64,000 nucleotides of DNA from Myxococcota bacterium (lineage in GTDB: Bacteria; Myxococcota_A; Bradymonadia; UBA7976; UBA1532). A program made the position numbers and the translations under genes. Within the stretch, counting starts at the first letter, position 1, and every line of letters starts with the position of its first letter. Shown piece by piece: positions 58,410 through 64,000 of this stretch. The notes beneath the pieces are model-generated. The model was not told the DNA's origin. It did not search any database and saw only the letters and a program-made list of their open reading frames with translations. The stretch is taken from contig JAYZEG010000024.1 of the NCBI GenBank assembly GCA_036337435.1, positions 1 to 64,000 on the forward strand, read 5' to 3'.

Positions 58410-59351
58410 ATGACTAACCACTTAAAAACCATGGATTATTGGGGAGCTAAAAAAGTGACCAGTTGGATATCTGTGAAATCGCTGACATTAAGTCTTGCTA
58501 GACCGGGCCAAAATTGGCGCTATTTGAGTATTTTCGTCATTCTTTTGGCGGTTTGGACGTCGGGATGCAGTGAAGGCAGCTGCCAGTTCGAGAGTGACTG
58601 CGCTCAGGGGCAGTCGTGCCTTGAAGGCCTCTGTGTTTACGTTTGCAGCGAAAACACCGATTGTCAGGCGGGCTATGCTTGTGTCGCGGGCCGCTGCGAA
58701 ATTGACAACAGCGAAACTGGCTGCACCGGCTCAGAGTGTGTTGACGCAGCCAGGGAACTGGACATGTCGATTGAGCCTGTCGATCTGGCCATCGTTGACT
58801 CCTCTATACCTGATTTTGCCTTTGAGCTCGACGGCGATACGACGGGTGCGGATGAGGGGGTTAACTCAACGCCTGATACGTCCTTTGTTGAACCCGATTT
58901 TGCCCAACAACAACCGGATTCTGGTGTTGTCAGTCGAGGTTTTGACCTAACGGGCCTGTATACCGTTACATCGACGGTTCTGGTTACAACGGGCGGCGAA
59001 TTCGAGGAGGGTCAGGAACTGAGGACGATCGTCTCCTTAACCCGACTTCAGGGGACGCGATATCGGCTTGAAGTCTACAATCTGGATGGGGTGCGTCAAT
59101 ATCTCATTCCTGCCGTCGACTTCATCGCGCCAGGCGGGGCAGGGCGCTATCAATTCGAATACACGCGACGCGAACCGTTTCGAAACAATTGCGACCAGGT
59201 TGAGGTCCGTTTTGAACGTGGTCGGTATTCGTCCGCTACCCATGGCTTCCAGCTGACTGGGGCGGAAGAACGCGCATTTTCTATCGTTGGGGACTCATGT
59301 TCTGGTGGATACATCGTTCGCACCGATTCGGTCTGGATCCCCTTGCCCTAG
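58410..59351 (+). CDS. Cys-rich lipoprotein, hypothetical
   Basis: Lipobox TSGC, two C-x4-C-x5-C-x4-C modules, acidic linker, beta-rich C-domain; start uncertain. Confidence 0.65.
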   Translation: MTNHLKTMDYWGAKKVTSWISVKSLTLSLARPGQNWRYLSIFVILLAVWTSGCSEGSCQFESDCAQGQSCLEGLCVYVCSENTDCQAGYACVAGRCEIDNSETGCTGSECVDAARELDMSIEPVDLAIVDSSIPDFAFELDGDTTGADEGVNSTPDTSFVEPDFAQQQPDSGVVSRGFDLTGLYTVTSTVLVTTGGEFEEGQELRTIVSLTRLQGTRYRLEVYNLDGVRQYLIPAVDFIAPGGAGRYQFEYTRREPFRNNCDQVEVRFERGRYSSATHGFQLTGAEERAFSIVGDSCSGGYIVRTDSVWIPLP

Positions 59352-59379
59352 CGTGTCTTGTATCTGGAAATCAAGAATC

Positions 59380-60273
59380 TCAAATCTGTTCAACAAGACC
59401 TAATTGCACATTGAAATAAATGCAGCATACAACCACCGCTAAATACAAAATGGCAATGGCTTGGATACTGCGGTCCCGCAGAACAATTTCCGTCGGAGAA
59501 CCGCCCTGGTGACGTTGATGAACCAAATAAAGATACCGGAATACGCCCAGCAGGACGATTGGCAAAGTCATCAACAGTCCATCGGTTCCTAAACGAGCGA
59601 TCACTGTCGGATCAATGGTGTATAAGGCATAACTCATGACGGTCATTGATGCCAAGGCAGAGACCATCTTATCAATAAAAGGAGTTGAGTATTCCGCCAA
59701 AATACCTCGGTGCGAAGCGGCGTCTTCTCCAAGACTAACCAACTCGTGCCGCCGCTTGCAAAACGCGAGAAACAATGCGACGAAAAATGTACACAAGAGA
59801 AGCCAGGGGCTGACAGGAACGCCAATCGCGAACGCGCCCGCACTCACTCGCAACAGGAAGCCTGCCGCGATAATGAACACGTCCAGCAGGACGATGTGTT
59901 TCAACCGAAAGGAATACGCGAGATTCATCACGCCGTAAACGGTGAGCACGATGCCGGTTGCCCGGTTCAGATACCAAGCAAGGCCAAGACCCGTTGTCGC
60001 CACAAAAATGGCCATAACCACCGCTGTGGGGCGCTTGACCTGGTCGCTTGCGATTGGCCGTTTTGATTTCTTCGGATGCAGCCGGTCCCGTTCATAGTCG
60101 GCTACGTCGTTAATTAAATAAATTGAGCTGGCTGTCAGGCTGAATGCCATAAAAGCCATCACCGATTGAAACAAAAGATCCGTTTGCAGCAAGTTTCGCG
60201 AGAAAATCAATGCTGCGAAGACGAAAACATTTTTGACCCACTGGTGTGGTCTAAGTGCGCGTATGTGATTCAT
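59380..60273 (-). CDS. Decaprenyl-phosphate phosphoribosyltransferase (UbiA prenyltransferase family)
   Basis: 'RPHQWVKN', 'Y..ND..D...DR.HP.K..RPIAS', 'KRRHE', 'SPT'. Confidence 0.88.
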   Translation of the reverse strand: MNHIRALRPHQWVKNVFVFAALIFSRNLLQTDLLFQSVMAFMAFSLTASSIYLINDVADYERDRLHPKKSKRPIASDQVKRPTAVVMAIFVATTGLGLAWYLNRATGIVLTVYGVMNLAYSFRLKHIVLLDVFIIAAGFLLRVSAGAFAIGVPVSPWLLLCTFFVALFLAFCKRRHELVSLGEDAASHRGILAEYSTPFIDKMVSALASMTVMSYALYTIDPTVIARLGTDGLLMTLPIVLLGVFRYLYLVHQRHQGGSPTEIVLRDRSIQAIAILYLAVVVCCIYFNVQLGLVEQI

Positions 60274-60356
60274 GCTGGCCAATTACCACAGAGTGGACAA
60301 AAAAAACATTGCGCCCATTCACTTCGGGTTGATATAAGCGCGCGTCCCTTTTGTTT

Positions 60357-60431
60357 GGGTGATTAACTCAGTGGTAGAGTGCTTCCTTCACACGGAAGAA
60401 GTCACTGGTTCAAATCCAGTATCGCCCACCA
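60357..60431 (+). tRNA. tRNA-Val (anticodon CAC)
   Basis: Acceptor GGGTGAT/ATCGCCC, D-arm with TGG, anticodon stem CTTCC/GGAAG with loop TTCACAC, GTTCAAA T-loop, encoded CCA. Confidence 0.96.
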
Positions 60432-60432
60432 G

Positions 60433-60459
60433 AAAAGCTCTGCTTATGCAGGGCTTTTT
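60433..60459 (+). terminator. Rho-independent terminator after the tRNA
   Basis: AAAAGCTCTGC-TTAT-GCAGGGCTTTTT. Confidence 0.75.
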
Positions 60460-60535
60460 CATTTTGATGCGGTCGGGAACGGTGCATACTCATCCCAAGA
60501 AAACCCTAGCCGTTGTATAGGACACGGAGCCGACC

Positions 60536-61027
60536 ATGAGTAATTCCCTAAGTGACCAACTCCTCAAACTCGGCCTTGTCGACGAAAAAAGCGTTAAAAA
60601 AGCCCAGCACACAAAAAGGCAATCCAATAAGAAGCTTGGTCGGCACGGCGTGGAATCCGAGAAGTCTGCACGCCAGGCCCGTGCAGCTGAAGCACGCGAG
60701 CAACAGAGGGCAACAGATCGTCAGCGAGGCAGCGAACAGATAAAGGCGCATCAGGCAAAGGAAATACAGAACCAAGTTCAGCAACTGATCGAGAATGGTC
60801 GCCTGACGGGTCGAACCTCTGGTCGGCGGCGATTCTATGTGGTCATGCCTGATGGTCGGATTCCATATCTCGAACTCAACGATCAAGTCCTCGACGACTT
60901 GGATCGTGGCCGGACAGCGATTGCCTATGGAGACAATCAGGATGCAGTTCTCATTACCGGTGATGCAGCTGCTCGGATTCTGGCCGTTGATGCCAGTCGA
61001 ATTCTGGTTTTGAGTCAGGGCAGATAA
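60536..61027 (+). CDS. DUF2058/YaiL-like protein
   Basis: 'SL.DQLLK.GLVD.K' N-terminus, 'Q.QQLIE', 'L..G..AI'. Confidence 0.75.
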   Translation: MSNSLSDQLLKLGLVDEKSVKKAQHTKRQSNKKLGRHGVESEKSARQARAAEAREQQRATDRQRGSEQIKAHQAKEIQNQVQQLIENGRLTGRTSGRRRFYVVMPDGRIPYLELNDQVLDDLDRGRTAIAYGDNQDAVLITGDAAARILAVDASRILVLSQGR

Positions 61028-63096
61028 TTAGTCGCATCTTGGATATTGACGTTTTGTGCAGCTTTTTCGCTCAGCTTAAGCCGGCCTCGACTGTCAGCTC
61101 CAAGCACTCGTACCATAATTTTATCGCCAGGCTTGTAGCTTTCCAAAGTTTGGCTGTTACGTAGTTCACTTAGATGGACCAGGCCTTCATGTTCGCTAAT
61201 GCGAACAAAGATTCCGAACTCTTTTTGATTGGATACCGACCCGATATAGACACCGTCTTTCCTTAAGTCGGCCGTCATTAACTCAATTCGTCGTTTCGCC
61301 TCGGAAACAGCCTCGACGTCCTGTCCCAGAATCAGCACATGTCCATCCTTCCCGACTTCAATCCTGGTGTTGGTATCAGCTTGCAGCCCCTGGATGGTCT
61401 TGCCTCCAGTTCCAACAACCAGCCCGATTTTGTTGACGGGTATTTTTAGGGATTGATGACGCCCTTGCCGATTATACTTGTCTCCTGATTCTTGCTCGAT
61501 CAGGGGATTCATCGCGTCGAGGATGTGCAGCCTGGCCGTTCTCGCCTGCTCAAGCGCTTTCGCCAACAAGTCCATCGGTAGACTTCCGAGCTTGTTGTCT
61601 AGTTGGACAGCCGTTATTCCTTTCTTTGTCCCAGCGACCTTGAAATCCATATCGCCCAAATGGTCTTCCTCGCCCAAAATATCGGTCAGTATGATCGAGG
61701 AATCGTTTTCGACCACTAGACCCATAGCAACTCCCGCCACTGGTGCAGTCAACGGGACACCTGCGTTTAAAAGAGCAAGGCATCCACCGCAGACTGTTGC
61801 CATGGATGAAGAGCCATTGGATTCCGTAATGTCGGAGACGATTCGGGTTGTGTAAGGCCAACTGTCCTGCGTTGGCATCACGCCCAATAGTGCCCGTCTA
61901 GCAAGAGAGCCGTGACCGATCTCGCGCCGACCTGGGCCACTGGGCCGTCTCGTTTCACCGACGGAGAAACCAGGAAAATTGTAGTGGAGTATAAACCCGC
62001 GTTTGACCATGCCCGAGAGTGTCTCCATGTCTTGTCCTTCCCGCTGACTACCAAGGGTGGCACTGACGAGCGCCTGCGTATCGCCGCGGGTAAAAAGCGC
62101 AGAGCCATGGTTATGCGCGAGCAGCCCAACCTCACACTCGATGTGTCGGACAGTCTTATGGTCTCGGCCATCAGCCCTCCGGCCTGACAGTATCCGGTGC
62201 CGAGCGGCCTGTTTAATCTGCCGGTCAACAATTGTCGAAATGACATCCGCAGGATATTCTGTGATGGTTTCAAGTGCAGACGAAGCAAGTTGGTCGAAAG
62301 CGAATCGGCGGGTCTTCTTATCCGTGATGTCCAATGCGTCGTTGAGCGCATCTCGGATCACACGACCGACATGGTCCACGGCATCGGTTGGCATCTCCGG
62401 CTTCTCAAAAGAAACTTTCGTTTTTCCGACCTCGTTGCGCCACCGCTCGAGTTGGTTAAAGACCGGTGCTAACAACTTGCCTGCGTCCCTCAATAGCGTT
62501 GCGAGCTGTGCCTCTGTGCCTTGATTCGAGTCACCTTCCATCATGACCAAACCATTCGGGCTGTAGCTGACCACGAGGTTAAATTCGTGACTTGAATCGA
62601 TGCTTTGGTCGGGAAGCAGGTGTGCATGTCCATTCTTTAACTGCAGAGTGCCTCCGATGACTGGCCCATCGAATGGGACGTCCGATAGGCAGAGAGCCGT
62701 CGACGCAGCCAAGATCGACAAGGCGGTCAAATCACTGCTCTCATCGGCACTGTACACAGTGACCGTCACGACAGTCTCTTTGTTAAAACCTGAGGGAAAA
62801 AGAGGCCGAAGTGAGCGGTCGATAAGTCGGCTGGTCAATGTTTCGTTTTCGCCAGCCCTAGTTTCTCGCCTGAAGAAGTTACCTGGTATCCGTCCCCTGC
62901 TCGCCATTTTTTCTCGATAGTCGACGGTGAGTGGCAAGAAGTCCGCCGAACTCGGGCCATGATTGCAGGTGACTGTTCCAAGAATGAAGCTGCCACGATG
63001 CTCAACGACGACGGCCGCATTCGCTTGACGTGCAATTCGCCCTGTTTCTAAGCGGATAGACGTGTTGTCTATGCTCAGCTCTAGTTTCGAAAGCAT
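61015..63096 (-). CDS. pnp: Polyribonucleotide nucleotidyltransferase (PNPase), divergent
   Basis: 'ETG.IARQA', 'PLTVDY.EK', 'FFRRE', 'HGSALFTRG.TQ', 'SNGSSSMA', 'ED..GDMDFKVAGT', KH and S1 domains. Confidence 0.92.
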   Translation of the reverse strand: MLSKLELSIDNTSIRLETGRIARQANAAVVVEHRGSFILGTVTCNHGPSSADFLPLTVDYREKMASRGRIPGNFFRRETRAGENETLTSRLIDRSLRPLFPSGFNKETVVTVTVYSADESSDLTALSILAASTALCLSDVPFDGPVIGGTLQLKNGHAHLLPDQSIDSSHEFNLVVSYSPNGLVMMEGDSNQGTEAQLATLLRDAGKLLAPVFNQLERWRNEVGKTKVSFEKPEMPTDAVDHVGRVIRDALNDALDITDKKTRRFAFDQLASSALETITEYPADVISTIVDRQIKQAARHRILSGRRADGRDHKTVRHIECEVGLLAHNHGSALFTRGDTQALVSATLGSQREGQDMETLSGMVKRGFILHYNFPGFSVGETRRPSGPGRREIGHGSLARRALLGVMPTQDSWPYTTRIVSDITESNGSSSMATVCGGCLALLNAGVPLTAPVAGVAMGLVVENDSSIILTDILGEEDHLGDMDFKVAGTKKGITAVQLDNKLGSLPMDLLAKALEQARTARLHILDAMNPLIEQESGDKYNRQGRHQSLKIPVNKIGLVVGTGGKTIQGLQADTNTRIEVGKDGHVLILGQDVEAVSEAKRRIELMTADLRKDGVYIGSVSNQKEFGIFVRISEHEGLVHLSELRNSQTLESYKPGDKIMVRVLGADSRGRLKLSEKAAQNVNIQDATNYLP

Positions 63097-63160
63097 AGGT
63101 CTTTTCCTTCATTATTGAGTGGGGAAAGGGGAGAACAAGATATTGGTTTTATGTTGCATA

Positions 63161-63200
63161 ACAAAGACGCTGTTAGCCGTTGGCTCGGTGTCTTTTTTGT
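63161..63200. terminator. Terminator-like hairpin between the SCP2 gene and pnp
   Basis: AAAGACGC..GTGTCTTT stem with inner AGCC/GGCT and A/T tracts on both sides. Confidence 0.5.
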
Positions 63201-63285
63201 AGATTTAGGAATGGACATTTCATCGGACCCGCGAGAGCAGGTGAGATGGTGAACCCGGCGCAGCCAGCCCCGGGTTCGTAAACTG

Positions 63286-63609
63286 CTATCGCAGTACGTC
63301 ACCGAGTTTCATGGCTAAGGCCATGTTGCCGGCAATTTGAAGTTTACCCATCATGAACAGTTGCGGACCCTGAATCGAGCCGTCTACAAGGCCGACAAAA
63401 TCTCCTGAATCGATAGTGATCGTGCAGTGGGCATCGCCGTTTGTACCGCTTGATACTTCGCAGTTCTGCAGGTCGACAACCCAGTCTCCACCGTCGTCAC
63501 CTGTGACATGGAATTGATAAACGGCGTCCAATTCTTTCGCGCTCGCCTGCTGTGCAGGATCAGCTAAACGACTGGCGATTTGTTCTTCGAAAATCTGTTT
63601 TGGTGTCAT
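63286..63609 (-). CDS. SCP2 sterol-binding domain protein
   Basis: 'YQF.V.G..GG.W.VD', 'LFMMGKLQIAGNM.LA.KL'; ATG 63609 with GGGAG SD. Confidence 0.88.
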   Translation of the reverse strand: MTPKQIFEEQIASRLADPAQQASAKELDAVYQFHVTGDDGGDWVVDLQNCEVSSGTNGDAHCTITIDSGDFVGLVDGSIQGPQLFMMGKLQIAGNMALAMKLGDVLR

Positions 63610-63736
63610 CAAATTACTCCCCAATTGAAAATCGTTGCCGGAGGTTGTGCGAGCTGCCTAATCCTCCGAAAATAGCGGTGGAACATACCGGTGCCTGGCC
63701 CCGAATGTCAACCGTCAACAGCCCTAAACCTGCCCA

Positions 63737-64000
63737 TCAGTCATCGTTCGGACCAAGAGTCTTTGATCTGGCGATGCCCCGTTGGCTGTTTAGGACAAAT
63801 CCCATGAACGAACGAACGGATTCGAGGGGGCTGTCAAGCAGGCTATTCTGCGTTTCAAGATCGAGTTTTTGCTTGCGTCTGCAGATGACTCTGAAAACGC
63901 GTCCGATCTCGGCCCGCTCCTCCTTCGAATAGCCTGACCGTTCCAGACCAGTCGAGTTGAGACCGAGCAGGCGGGCCCGGTCCCCTGCAGCCATGCAGAA
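63737..64000 (-). CDS. lpxA: UDP-N-acetylglucosamine acyltransferase LpxA, C-terminal part (runs off the right edge)
   Basis: 'G.RA.L.GLN..GL.R.G' and 'F...SQRGI' LpxA C-terminal helical domain. Confidence 0.8.
   Translation of the reverse strand, partial: FCMAAGDRARLLGLNSTGLERSGYSKEERAEIGRVFRVICRRKQKLDLETQNSLLDSPLESVRSFMGFVLNSQRGIARSKTLGPNDD

Noticed and set aside
60357..60535. tRNA-Val as an integration site
   Set aside because: No integrase and no duplicated tRNA 3' end seen in the window.

Overview
Chromosomal window (~53% GC by eye) from a Myxococcota/deltaproteobacterial-type genome; the taxonomy is inferred from gene content. From left to right: (1) two tandem paralogous Ig-repeat surface lipoproteins, the first cut by the window edge. 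(2) A compact gliding-motility operon (cglB-like vWA lipoprotein, gltA-like beta-barrel, gltC, gltD, gltE, gltF, gltJ). (3) A subtilase, a stand-alone rplC and dapF. (4) A ~28-kb flagellar hook-basal-body/export cluster led by a sigma-54 activator with no sensor domain. It runs flgB to fliA, with fliJ displaced behind rpoZ, four sigma-54 promoters and FleQ-like boxes. (5) Housekeeping genes and secreted Cys/Asp-rich proteins, tRNA-Val(CAC), pnp and a partial lpxA. The most striking unexplained signal is the ~490-nt non-coding region between flgE and fliL. It folds on the + strand into a 130-nt rod rich in ANGGA (CsrA/RsmA-type) motifs, followed by back-to-back hairpins, four of which display ACCCA in their loops. 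Related motifs recur in the fliK leader (both motifs) and the flgE leader (ANGGA only). This suggests an undescribed RNA-based post-transcriptional control system for hook assembly. No CRISPR array, integrase or transposase was seen. All calls come from reading motifs by eye; no database searches or folding programs were run.
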